The notes beneath the pieces were generated by a model that was not told the DNA's origin, searched no databases, and saw only the letters and a program-made list of their open reading frames with translations. A stretch of 53,965 nt of DNA from a virus (Duplodnaviria > Caudoviricetes): IMG/VR virus record IMGVR_UViG_3300034093_000924, positions 1-53,965 of that record; one strand, given 5' to 3'. Position 1 is the stretch's first letter, and each line of letters opens with the position of its first letter. Of this stretch, positions 9,718-18,685 are shown piece by piece. The translations under genes were made by a program, and so were the position numbers.

Positions 9718-12048
9718 TTATCTCCTGCCGTCAGGACGGAGGTCAATGCGAGGAGCGCCCAGTTGCCACTGCACCCCCAACCCGTCTGTCGTTGACCCCG
9801 TGGTCCCAGAACTTACCTTGAATGCCATCTGCCGCCCACGAATCCGCACGTATATCTGTTGGGTGAACTGTTGCACGTTGTACGTAATCTGGTTCTGATA
9901 GTTCTGGGTGCTTTGCACTGCGGGGTTGTTTGAGCTTCCGTATGCCGCGCCAGGGAAAGTTCGGGGTATGGCTGTGAAATACGCTGTTGGAGTATTTACG
10001 CTGGAGCCGTCAAACGTCAGGTCAGGAATCAAGCGCCACACAAACCCAAAGTTGTTGCCGTCCCCAATATCAAAGTCGGAAGACTGCACATTGGCCACAA
10101 TGGGAACCGCTGGGTTGACCGTACCATCATCCACACCACTCTCATGGTAAACAAGAATTGCGTTTGAACTTCCGCCAGCAACGCCATAAGCTGTAGCCAT
10201 TGGGGAGGCACGCAACGCACTATCCAGCCATGCTGTACGGCCTTGATACGCGCCGTTGTAGTTTGCCCAATCGCCGTAATACCAAACATTGTCTTTGTAG
10301 TTGTAGATTACATAACGGTCAATTACGTTGGACGTAGAAGAGCAGTACTGCCACCAAACCTCGTTGTAGCCTTCATTTGTACCTGACACAATTTGAAAAG
10401 ACTGTGTTCTGTTTATATCGGTGAACACATATTCCCGTAGCGTAGACGGCAGAACATCCACCCTACCAGAGTATTGGTAGAACTGATCTAGTCCCATCCA
10501 GTACGTGATGTTGGTAGCAGTTGCCACAGCATTAGGGCCAGCAATAGAGATGTTGTCCCCCAGAATCTGGAAGCTCCACACGTAGGGCGGACCAATATAT
10601 TGCATAGAGTAAATGGCTGAATCAGTAAACACCAAAACCTCTTGGCGTGTCTGCTGGGCCATGATAATGGCCGAGCCGTGGCTCAGTCGGTAATCCCCTG
10701 CTTGGTTGGTGATAGCGGGAGTCCATGTCAACAAATCTTCTTGGTTAGACCATCGAATCTGCATGGGGTCAAGTGCTGCCGTGGCATATACCCCAGTAGG
10801 GTCATTCGTACCAAAAGCAATTGTGAATCGGCTTGAGTCGGATACCAACACAAAGTTACACACCGTGGGGCATGTCGAATCTGCATCCCAGTAAGCAATA
10901 CTATTTTGGGTATTGGTGTTGGAAGCGGAAACTACCTGCGCCCTATTAAAAATGGTAGGTGTTGCATCTGCAACCCAGTAGTAGATTGCCCCACCACGAG
11001 GATTTAACACCAAGTTCTGGCCGTAGTTTGACTCACTCCAAGTACGCAATTGCAGCCCAATACCAAAACCTATAGGAGCAGCAGCGCCCCAGCCTGTAGC
11101 AGTGGATGAATACTGATATACAGGTGTTCCAACCGTGTGTGTTGCCGCCGTAGTACCAACCCCCCGAACCACAGGAGATGCAAAGGTGGTAGCAGTAACA
11201 GACGGGTACGTAATAATTTCAGTGTCAATAACAATGTTCCCGCTGGCCGCAAACCCGGTTGTGGAACTGACGCTAATAGCCCCAGTAGAAGTTGTGCTAG
11301 TAATAGCTGAAGTTAGTGCGGTAGCAACACTGGGGCCAGTCGAGCCACCCCACCCACCAGAACCCCAGCCTACGCCAACGGTGTATACATCGCCACCCGT
11401 TGAAATCTGCACTGCAAAAGCAGCCGCGCCCGTTGTGCCAGCAGTCACCGTAACAGCCGATGAGACATAGACCTGTATGGTAAATGTAGAGCTACTGACG
11501 TATGTAATTTGAAACTCAGCATTGAGGTTTGCCGCAGGAATGCCGTTAACTGCGCTGGCCACCCCTGAGATGGTTACAAAGTCGTTTGTCTGCCCGTTGT
11601 AACCCGACACGTTACAGGTCACAGTCACATACCGTGCAGTGCCTGATGAAGAGGCAGTCGTGGTGAATGCGTTTGAAGCAACGCTAATTGCGGCAGGGGG
11701 GATGCCTGTTATTGGCGTTATGTCGTAGAACAGTCCACCTGTACCGTTTTGGATGTAGTACTTGAGATTGGTGCCCAGACCAAGCAGGTTGTACCCAGAC
11801 AAGGTAACCCAGTTCCACAAGGAACGACAAACACCCCATAACGTGCCAGTTGTGGGGTACGCAATACTGGTAGTCACATTGGCAATGTCGGTGGATAGAA
11901 TGCCCGCATCCTTTGTCCAACCGCCAATCTTTTCTGGCAGACCAGAACGAAAGCGCACCTTGTTGGTTTGATACCAACCGCCTTCATTGCCGTAGTTGGT
12001 GCTTTCTCGGTTGGTTCCCGGCGTGAATGCAAGTTTCTGTAAGGGCAT
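9718..12048 (-). CDS. Tail nozzle / head-closure protein (P22 gp10 / T7 gp12-like)
   Basis: 776 aa; N-terminal NKVRFRSGLPEKIGGW; propeller-like IRWSNQED segment; C-terminal RIRGRQMAF...LGAPRIDLRPDGRR; synteny. Confidence 0.7.
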   Translation of the reverse strand: MPLQKLAFTPGTNRESTNYGNEGGWYQTNKVRFRSGLPEKIGGWTKDAGILSTDIANVTTSIAYPTTGTLWGVCRSLWNWVTLSGYNLLGLGTNLKYYIQNGTGGLFYDITPITGIPPAAISVASNAFTTTASSSGTARYVTVTCNVSGYNGQTNDFVTISGVASAVNGIPAANLNAEFQITYVSSSTFTIQVYVSSAVTVTAGTTGAAAFAVQISTGGDVYTVGVGWGSGGWGGSTGPSVATALTSAITSTTSTGAISVSSTTGFAASGNIVIDTEIITYPSVTATTFASPVVRGVGTTAATHTVGTPVYQYSSTATGWGAAAPIGFGIGLQLRTWSESNYGQNLVLNPRGGAIYYWVADATPTIFNRAQVVSASNTNTQNSIAYWDADSTCPTVCNFVLVSDSSRFTIAFGTNDPTGVYATAALDPMQIRWSNQEDLLTWTPAITNQAGDYRLSHGSAIIMAQQTRQEVLVFTDSAIYSMQYIGPPYVWSFQILGDNISIAGPNAVATATNITYWMGLDQFYQYSGRVDVLPSTLREYVFTDINRTQSFQIVSGTNEGYNEVWWQYCSSTSNVIDRYVIYNYKDNVWYYGDWANYNGAYQGRTAWLDSALRASPMATAYGVAGGSSNAILVYHESGVDDGTVNPAVPIVANVQSSDFDIGDGNNFGFVWRLIPDLTFDGSSVNTPTAYFTAIPRTFPGAAYGSSNNPAVQSTQNYQNQITYNVQQFTQQIYVRIRGRQMAFKVSSGTTGSTTDGLGVQWQLGAPRIDLRPDGRR

Positions 12049-12056
12049 TTTGATTC

Positions 12057-12533
12057 CTATGACAAGAACATGGCGCGTTCGTCAATCCGACGGTTTTGCA
12101 GCCCTTTGAGTATTTTCCCACCAGCCATGCAATACTTCAAGAGTTCTTCCGCAGCACCCGCTTTATCGCCCCGAAGCAGCTTTTGACGAAGCGTCGAACG
12201 CTGGAGTGTTCCAAGACCGACATTGAAACTAAAGCTAACAAGGCTATCATACATACCTTGTGTAAGGGAAACGGGGCAGAACTGAGCCACTCCACGCTCA
12301 AACCTTGCAAGATCGCTTCTGAGAATCCCATCTACTTCGTCCTTTGAAAAAACCCGGCTATCTTCTGGGCGAAGCGGGTAAGCTCCTCTTTGATCCATTG
12401 GTATCTTAGCTTGGTCTGGGTAAAGTACATGTCCAACTCCTATTGTCCAAAGCAGGGCTGGGCAACGGTATGGTTTAAACCGAATGCCCTCATGGTGGCA
12501 GATGACCTTGATGGCCTCTGGGCTGAGATTCAT
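12057..12533 (-). CDS. Endolysin, GH24 phage lysozyme
   Basis: HEGIRFKPYRCPALLWTIGVGH (E-x8-C-x5-T triad), SFSFNVG, GLQNRR. Confidence 0.92.
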   Translation of the reverse strand: MNLSPEAIKVICHHEGIRFKPYRCPALLWTIGVGHVLYPDQAKIPMDQRGAYPLRPEDSRVFSKDEVDGILRSDLARFERGVAQFCPVSLTQGMYDSLVSFSFNVGLGTLQRSTLRQKLLRGDKAGAAEELLKYCMAGGKILKGLQNRRIDERAMFLS

Positions 12534-13036
12534 TTGGATTTAAAAGCTTGGCCGCCAAACCAGAACGACACAATACACGCCCAGATGATCTGGGTTTCAT
12601 CGTCCCACAGGTTGTCCAGCGCAACGGTAAATTCCACGTTGGTGTGCCATGCGTAGTAGAAGCCAAAAATCTCAACAAACATAAACATGGCAAACATGCC
12701 GTAGGTGATGACGCTACGGGTGGCGGCTCTCATATTAATGACCCAAGTGCTGGCCCCTTGACCCAGTGCTACATCGTGTGCATACAAAGCTTGGCGCTCC
12801 TGCATTGCGGTCTGGGCGTTGGTGACCTCTGCGTTGATCTGAATCTGCTCGGTCTGGATATGCTCAATCCGTTCCTGCGCTTCCAGGCCAGCTTTCTTCA
12901 AGGTTAGTTCCCGTTCGGTCTGCATGGCCGCAAGGGCAAGCTCATGCTTCTTGTCGGCCCGGTCTTGGAAGAATTCAAGGATTTTGGGCAAGCCGCCCAT
13001 GAGGAAGCTGATGAGGGATGAGAACAGGGTTAGCAT
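12530..13036 (-). CDS. Holin-like membrane protein
   Basis: N-terminal hydrophobic helix, coiled coil, two further TM segments ending IVSFWFGGQ; overlaps the endolysin start. Confidence 0.65.
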   Translation of the reverse strand: MLTLFSSLISFLMGGLPKILEFFQDRADKKHELALAAMQTERELTLKKAGLEAQERIEHIQTEQIQINAEVTNAQTAMQERQALYAHDVALGQGASTWVINMRAATRSVITYGMFAMFMFVEIFGFYYAWHTNVEFTVALDNLWDDETQIIWACIVSFWFGGQAFKSK

Positions 13037-13039
13037 TTT

Positions 13040-13495
13040 TTAGCCTTTCAGGTCGAAACTTAAATTGGGGTGGCGGGGGTACTGCACAACGCGCTCCCCT
13101 TCTGGACATTTGTATTTGATTGTTGCCAACAAAGTTGCCTTGCCGCTGGCAATCTTCTCTTTTTGAACCATTGTCAACTGGTACGTAAATGTATCAATCT
13201 CTGGGCCTGCGGGGCCGCTGAACCTGCTGGCTGTGGTGGTTGCTTCATGCACCATACCCGCCGCATCACGAATGCTTGGGGTAAAACTTTCAACGGAGCA
13301 GTCATCGCGCTTCTTAATCCGTGCGACAGTTACGTTTATTGGCTGTCCAGCCTCTGCCACGATCTTGAAGTTCTCAGGCGACCACTCAATGATTGCGCGG
13401 TCAAACCAGCCAAACTTGTCGGCCAGCGTGTAACTGCCACCCAGTGCGGCAACGCTTGCGGCAACTGCTCCAATGGCCTTGGTGAGGTCAATCAT
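13040..13495 (-). CDS. Hypothetical protein with N-terminal membrane anchor (lysis region)
   Basis: 151 aa; hydrophobic N-terminus then a beta-rich domain with two Cys; tightly packed with neighbours. Confidence 0.6.
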   Translation of the reverse strand: MIDLTKAIGAVAASVAALGGSYTLADKFGWFDRAIIEWSPENFKIVAEAGQPINVTVARIKKRDDCSVESFTPSIRDAAGMVHEATTTASRFSGPAGPEIDTFTYQLTMVQKEKIASGKATLLATIKYKCPEGERVVQYPRHPNLSFDLKG

Positions 13496-13791
13496 TTTTC
13501 TTCCTTCTTTTGAGCTTCTTCAATCTGCTTTCGCAGTTTCTCGGTTTTTTCCATTTGGGCCTTGGCCTCTCGCCTTACCACCATCGTGTCCACATACATC
13601 ATCCCGACAAGGGGAAGCACCAACACAAAGACCAGTGCAAACAGGACTAAGACCAGAAGGTATCCAAACGACCCTGATGATTGAGACTGATTATCCACAT
13701 TAGGCCTATCAAGTAAGCGACTACGAAAACCACCGCTACCGTCTCCAGCACCCTGTCCAGAATCTGATTTTTTAACCTTTGTCGCCGCCAT
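13492..13791 (-). CDS. Small single-TM protein, possibly spanin-like; start uncertain (GTG at 13698 possible)
   Basis: Hydrophobic YLLVLVLFALVFVLVLPLV followed by a charged coiled coil; stop overlaps the next ATG. Confidence 0.5.
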   Translation of the reverse strand: MAATKVKKSDSGQGAGDGSGGFRSRLLDRPNVDNQSQSSGSFGYLLVLVLFALVFVLVLPLVGMMYVDTMVVRREAKAQMEKTEKLRKQIEEAQKKEEK

Positions 13792-14216
13792 GCTTTCACC
13801 CGCTTTTCGTGCAGTTCACGAGCCGCCTGCTCTGACTTTTGATCCAAGAGCCGCTGATACTCTTCTACGATGTCACGCCACATATCAGGCATTCCCATCT
13901 CCCAGCGCACCATTTTCTCTAAGTCAGCGTAAAACTGCTTGGTCTGCCGCAGATACATTACATTGTCTATGGCTTGTGTGGCAAGGTCGTCTTTGATCCC
14001 CTTTTTCTGATTGTCTTCCCGTTGAACTTCCGCTTTCTCGTGGCTGGCCTCGAGCTCGGCGTGCCCCTTGAAGAACTTTGACAGTGCGCCGCCCACTTCC
14101 GTGGTGATCTTGGACAGATCATTGCCTGTTTTCTTCAGGTCTTGGTAGACGGCAACGCACCCCTTTATGCCTTCATAGGCACCTTTGCAGAGAGCGAATG
14201 CCGTGATTGGATCAAT
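13647..14216 (-). CDS. Coiled-coil protein with C-terminal TM helix; probable ATT start
   Basis: The frame is open 40 codons upstream of the track start (14096) to ATT at 14216, with SD TAAGGGGT and an in-frame TAA two codons earlier. Confidence 0.6.
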   Translation of the reverse strand: MDPITAFALCKGAYEGIKGCVAVYQDLKKTGNDLSKITTEVGGALSKFFKGHAELEASHEKAEVQREDNQKKGIKDDLATQAIDNVMYLRQTKQFYADLEKMVRWEMGMPDMWRDIVEEYQRLLDQKSEQAARELHEKRVKAWRRQRLKNQILDRVLETVAVVFVVAYLIGLMWIISLNHQGRLDTFWS

Positions 14217-14226
14217 TTTTTACCCC

Positions 14227-14637
14227 TTAAGGGTGCAATGCCCGCAGTTGAGCAAGCGTTGTGCAGGCGTCAGTCAAAGTGGGTAGATCACGCAGGCGCT
14301 GTTTTTCCGCCACGATTGCAGTAGTGTCACTGCCAGCTTCCAACGCACGCTGGAAGGCTACATCCTGCGCTGTCAACAAAGGGGCACGTTCGGAACGCAA
14401 ACGGGTTTTTGTAAGCGCTTGGGCTTTAGTGAAGTTAATTGTCACTGCGCCATCAACTTGTTCCCATGCGTCAAAAAAATCATTATTGTCATAAGGAAGC
14501 GTTGATTGAGCAACAATAAAACTTGAAACACCAGTGGGTATATCTTTGGCCTGCACTTGTTCAATTGGCAATTCCCCCGTAGGGACGCAGACGGACACGC
14601 CGCCAAGATCATTGGTGTAAATAATTACATCAGACAT
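14227..14637 (-). CDS. Tail fibre assembly chaperone-like protein
   Basis: C-terminal RSERAPLL...QRLRDLP motif typical of tail assembly chaperones; follows the fibre genes; AAGGAG RBS. Confidence 0.7.
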   Translation of the reverse strand: MSDVIIYTNDLGGVSVCVPTGELPIEQVQAKDIPTGVSSFIVAQSTLPYDNNDFFDAWEQVDGAVTINFTKAQALTKTRLRSERAPLLTAQDVAFQRALEAGSDTTAIVAEKQRLRDLPTLTDACTTLAQLRALHP

Positions 14638-14677
14638 CTTGGACTCCTTATTTGTTGAGTGTTAAAGGAAATCATAT

Positions 14678-16774
14678 TTATTCGTAAAGAATGTTAATTG
14701 AGCCAGCGTCAAAAGTGTCTGTGCCAGTGGTTGTTGTGATGCGAACAGCAGTCAGTACTGCACTTAATGAAACATCGCCAGCACCAGAACAAACGGTTCC
14801 AGTGTTATATTTCCCATTATGACTTGATACCCAGTCGTTACCACTAATGTTTGTAATAACCATATGTCCTGACCAAACACCTGCGGTACTTGAAATATAG
14901 GCTAAAAACCCAGTAGTGTCTGAAAGAATAGTGTTGCCTCCGCTTACAGCCGCCAAAGCGGTTGATACATACCCACTTGTTGTATAAGTAGTGCTACCCG
15001 TCCCAAGTTGAATCAAAAAATTTGCACTTGAATTTAAACTTACCCCTCGAAATTGCACAGTTATACGTTCTACACCTGATGGTATGCCTGTAAAGTTAAT
15101 ACTTGTGCCGCTGGTAGATGCTTGCACCGTTGCTGACCTGATTAAAGCTGAACTTGCCTGAGTGGCAAGGGTGGCAAGGGTGGCAAGGGTGGCCGTGGTG
15201 GCAAGCGTTGCCAAGGTAGCCGTGGTTGCAAGTGTTGCCAAAGTAGCAGTTGTTGCTAATGTTGCATTTGTGGCCGAACCCGCAGCAATACTAGATTGCG
15301 CCACCCATGTTGGAGCGGCGGCGGCATTGGAAGATAGAATTTGTCCAGAAGTCCCGACAAGAGAATACGCCTGTGCAGTGCCCGTGCCGTAAGTAATCCC
15401 GCCATTTGTTGGCGTTGCTGTAGAGTTTGTTCCGCCATTGGCAATAGGCAAAGTTCCCGATATGTCCGTAGTTAAAGCCACTTGAGCAAATGAAGTGTCT
15501 GTGCCATTTGAGCGGAGCACTCGACTGTTTGTTTGGGCGGGTAACAATGCGTTGAGGGCTGCGTTTGCCGTGGTTTGTCCAGTACCACCGTTGGCAATAG
15601 GCAGAGTTCCTGACACATCTGCTGACAAAGCCACGGACCCCCATGTAGGAGCACCAGAAGCGTTGCCATGCAGCACTTGGGTAGAAGTGCCAGCCAACGT
15701 GGTGGCCATAGCCGTGGTGGTTGAGCCGTACAAAATACCGTATTGGGTTAGAACGGCTGTTTGTCCCGTGCCGCCATTGGCTACAGCCAAAGTACCAGTA
15801 ATGTCGCCGGTACTGATGTCAATGTCATCCCAGGTTGGCGCAGTTGCGACTGTGCCGGTACCCACCGATACCAAGTACTTTCGAGTGGCTGTGGTGTTGC
15901 CTGCCAGTTTGGCTAGTGTGTTGGCGGCGGACGAATACAGAGTGTCCCCGGTTGTGTACGTGCTTTGCCCCGTGCCCCCGTTGGTAGCGGCAAGAGTACC
16001 CGTAATGTCGGATGTACTAAGGTTAATCGCATCCCAACTTGAGTTTGTGCCGTCGGTCTGAAGGTATTTATTGGCGTTGCTTGTTTGGACGGGAAGCAGC
16101 GCATTGAGTGCCGCGTTAGCCGTAGTCTGCCCAGTGCCGCCGTTGGCGATGGGCAGTGTGCCTGTCAAGTTTGATGCTTGTATTTCATAGAAGCTTGTCC
16201 CATCTGACCAGACCATGACCTTGGAGCCATTGGCAATTAGAACAGTAGCCGTTACTGTCGCACCACCAGCAAGCGTGCCCGTAGCAGTTGCAGTAATGGT
16301 TTGCCCCACAGTCGGTATTGCAGACAAGCTACTAAAAAACGCCTGCCATTGCCCCAGAGTTGTGCTGCTTAGAGTTGCAACCGTGTAAGCAACCCCGCTG
16401 ATAATGCTAGTGCCCGTACCCGCTGCCGTGGTGTTGCCAATCACAGTCGAGTTGTAGATGGTCATTGACTGGCCGCTGTCGTTCCAAACAATATACGCTT
16501 TGGAGACGGGGGGTGCGTAGACCGCAAAAGCCGCGCCAGTTGTGGTGGTGAACCGCAGCATGGCGTACACAGCTTGGTTTGCAGAGGCCGTAGATGTAGG
16601 CCCGCTGGTGTATGTCAAAGCTTGGCTGGCCGCAGTTACGCTAACCGTCTGATACCCGGCGATCGACGAGTCCAGCACATAGGCCAAATTGTTGTTGGTT
16701 GTGTCCCCCCACGTACCCGCCTGGGTGCCGTTGGTGATGAGTTCAATCCGTAGATTTGATGAATAAGTGCTCAT
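14678..16774 (-). CDS. Tail fibre protein 2 (698 aa)
   Basis: GTWGDTTNNNL N-terminal anchor, repeated GTLPIANGGTG motifs, ATL repeats, C-terminal beta domain (FDAGSINILYE). Confidence 0.8.
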   Translation of the reverse strand: MSTYSSNLRIELITNGTQAGTWGDTTNNNLAYVLDSSIAGYQTVSVTAASQALTYTSGPTSTASANQAVYAMLRFTTTTGAAFAVYAPPVSKAYIVWNDSGQSMTIYNSTVIGNTTAAGTGTSIISGVAYTVATLSSTTLGQWQAFFSSLSAIPTVGQTITATATGTLAGGATVTATVLIANGSKVMVWSDGTSFYEIQASNLTGTLPIANGGTGQTTANAALNALLPVQTSNANKYLQTDGTNSSWDAINLSTSDITGTLAATNGGTGQSTYTTGDTLYSSAANTLAKLAGNTTATRKYLVSVGTGTVATAPTWDDIDISTGDITGTLAVANGGTGQTAVLTQYGILYGSTTTAMATTLAGTSTQVLHGNASGAPTWGSVALSADVSGTLPIANGGTGQTTANAALNALLPAQTNSRVLRSNGTDTSFAQVALTTDISGTLPIANGGTNSTATPTNGGITYGTGTAQAYSLVGTSGQILSSNAAAAPTWVAQSSIAAGSATNATLATTATLATLATTATLATLATTATLATLATLATQASSALIRSATVQASTSGTSINFTGIPSGVERITVQFRGVSLNSSANFLIQLGTGSTTYTTSGYVSTALAAVSGGNTILSDTTGFLAYISSTAGVWSGHMVITNISGNDWVSSHNGKYNTGTVCSGAGDVSLSAVLTAVRITTTTGTDTFDAGSINILYE

Positions 16775-16793
16775 TTAATTTCCTTATTTGGGG

Positions 16794-18677
16794 TTATATA
16801 AAACACGACACATTAACAACTTCCATATCTAATGGAGAACCAGTGGTCATGTCGGAAGTAATAATAAGCAATGTAGCGCCCGTAGCACTGTAGTTTTCAG
16901 TAGTTACTCCAAAATTACGTTCGTTGGTAGAGTTTAATGTATAACACCCTCCTGTAACGGCACAAAAATTTGCGCTGCCCAAAGCGTTCGTAAAGTTTAG
17001 TGTGTAGTTCCCCGCGCTGTTACGTGTAACGCTAGTGACATTAAAACTGCCCCGCCTAGTACCAGTGTTACCGTTAAAGTTTACCCAAGCTTTTGAAGCG
17101 TTTGTAGCCGTGGTGGCCAAGGTGGCCAAGGTGGCCAAAGTTGCAAGGGTTGCCAAGGTCGCTAGGGTAGCCAAAGTGGCATTGGTAGCAGAAGACGCCG
17201 CGCCACTCAAAGTAGCAGTGATCGTGCCTGCGCTGAAGTTACCCGAGGCATCCCGTGCAACAACTTTGCTGGCAGTGTTGGTGGTAGTTGCATCCACTGC
17301 AAAGGTACGGGCGGTTGAGCCATTAAAAGTACCGCCGCTTGTAAGGTATGTCCCCGCCGTCAGAGCCGCTGCTGTAGCGTTTGCTGTGGTCGCCGTAGTA
17401 GCCAAAGTAGCCAGGGTTGCCAAAGTCGCTAGGGTAGCCAGAGTTGCGTTGGTGGCTGCGCCTGCGGTATAGCTGCCAATATTACCTGCGGAAATGGCAA
17501 TGTTGGGGCCAAAATAATAGTTTGCCCCGTCAAAATAAACGTAGTTGGCCCCGGAACTTGATAAATATATAACCCCGGTAGTGCCGCCACTGCGATACGC
17601 TGTAACGTCACCGTTTACAACTGTTAAACCCGTGCTTGCACCGGCGGTGTTGGGCGTAATGATCGCGGTTGTGGCTTTAATTTGCCCCGCAGTTGTTGAG
17701 GATGTGCCAACCCCCAGCGAGTTGACTTGATAATTGTTGGCTGTGTTAAGCGCATTGGCCGTTGTAGCAGTTGTAGCCAAAGTTGCAAGCGTAGCCGTAG
17801 TGGCCAAAGTTGCAAGCGTAGCCGTAGTAGCCAACGTAGCCGTAGTAGCCAGTGTGGCGTTGGTTGCCGAAGACGCCGCGCCGCTTAAGGTTGCGGTGAT
17901 TGTCCCCGCGCTGAAATTGCCTGAGGCATCCCGCGCTACAACCTTGCTGGCAGTGTTTAGGTTAGTTGCATCTACTGCAAACGTGCGAGCAGTTGACCCA
18001 TTAAAGGTGCCACCACTTGTAATATACGTCCCACCCGTTAGGGCTGCTGCTGTGGCGTTTGCTGTTGTTGCAGTTGTGGCTAATGTGGCTGTAGTAGCAA
18101 GGGTCGCCAGTGTGGCAAGAGTCGCCGTAGTGGCCAAGGTTGCATTGGTAGCTGAACCTGCTGCAATGCTGGACTGAGCCAACCAAGTGGGGGCTGCTGC
18201 GCCATTGCTTTGCAAAACCTGCCCGGAAGTGCCTGCTAAAGAATACGCATGGGCCGTACCCGTACCGTACCCAATACCACCGTTGGTGGCAGTAGCTGTA
18301 GAGTTTGTGCCGCCAGAAGCAATTGGTAACACTGCACTGTTGGTAGCCGTTAACGTGGTTCCGTCGGCATAAACCGCCCTTTCAGCCGGGTACGTAACAA
18401 ACACATCTTTGGTGCCCGCACTGAAATTGACAGCCGTGCCCCCATTACTTGACTCTAAAATTGTGTCCCTTGAGAGCAAAGTACCAGCAGCAGTGTATGT
18501 GCCAATCCCAACTTCCCACTCAGAACCGCTTTGACCTGCAATCGTGTAGTAGGTGGTGTTTGCGTTACCAATAACCGAGAAAGACTGGAACCCCGTGGCT
18601 GCGCCAGCAAGCGTGATAGTGCCGGTACCCGTGGTTGTGGTGGTTTCTTTAACCCTGTCTTTTAGTACTAAAGCCAT
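16794..18677 (-). CDS. Tail fibre protein 1 (627 aa)
   Basis: MALVLKDRVKET...WEVGIGTY N-terminus, duplicated VVARDASGNFSAGTITA module, ATL repeats, C-terminal KAWVNFNG domain. Confidence 0.8.
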   Translation of the reverse strand: MALVLKDRVKETTTTTGTGTITLAGAATGFQSFSVIGNANTTYYTIAGQSGSEWEVGIGTYTAAGTLLSRDTILESSNGGTAVNFSAGTKDVFVTYPAERAVYADGTTLTATNSAVLPIASGGTNSTATATNGGIGYGTGTAHAYSLAGTSGQVLQSNGAAAPTWLAQSSIAAGSATNATLATTATLATLATLATTATLATTATTANATAAALTGGTYITSGGTFNGSTARTFAVDATNLNTASKVVARDASGNFSAGTITATLSGAASSATNATLATTATLATTATLATLATTATLATLATTATTANALNTANNYQVNSLGVGTSSTTAGQIKATTAIITPNTAGASTGLTVVNGDVTAYRSGGTTGVIYLSSSGANYVYFDGANYYFGPNIAISAGNIGSYTAGAATNATLATLATLATLATLATTATTANATAAALTAGTYLTSGGTFNGSTARTFAVDATTTNTASKVVARDASGNFSAGTITATLSGAASSATNATLATLATLATLATLATLATLATTATNASKAWVNFNGNTGTRRGSFNVTSVTRNSAGNYTLNFTNALGSANFCAVTGGCYTLNSTNERNFGVTTENYSATGATLLIITSDMTTGSPLDMEVVNVSCFI

Positions 18678-18685
18678 ATGTGTCC

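Noticed and set aside
15160-18330. Repeated fibre segments as a diversity-generating retroelement TR/VR pair
   Set aside because: No reverse transcriptase in the window; both copies are coding and differences are not adenine-specific.
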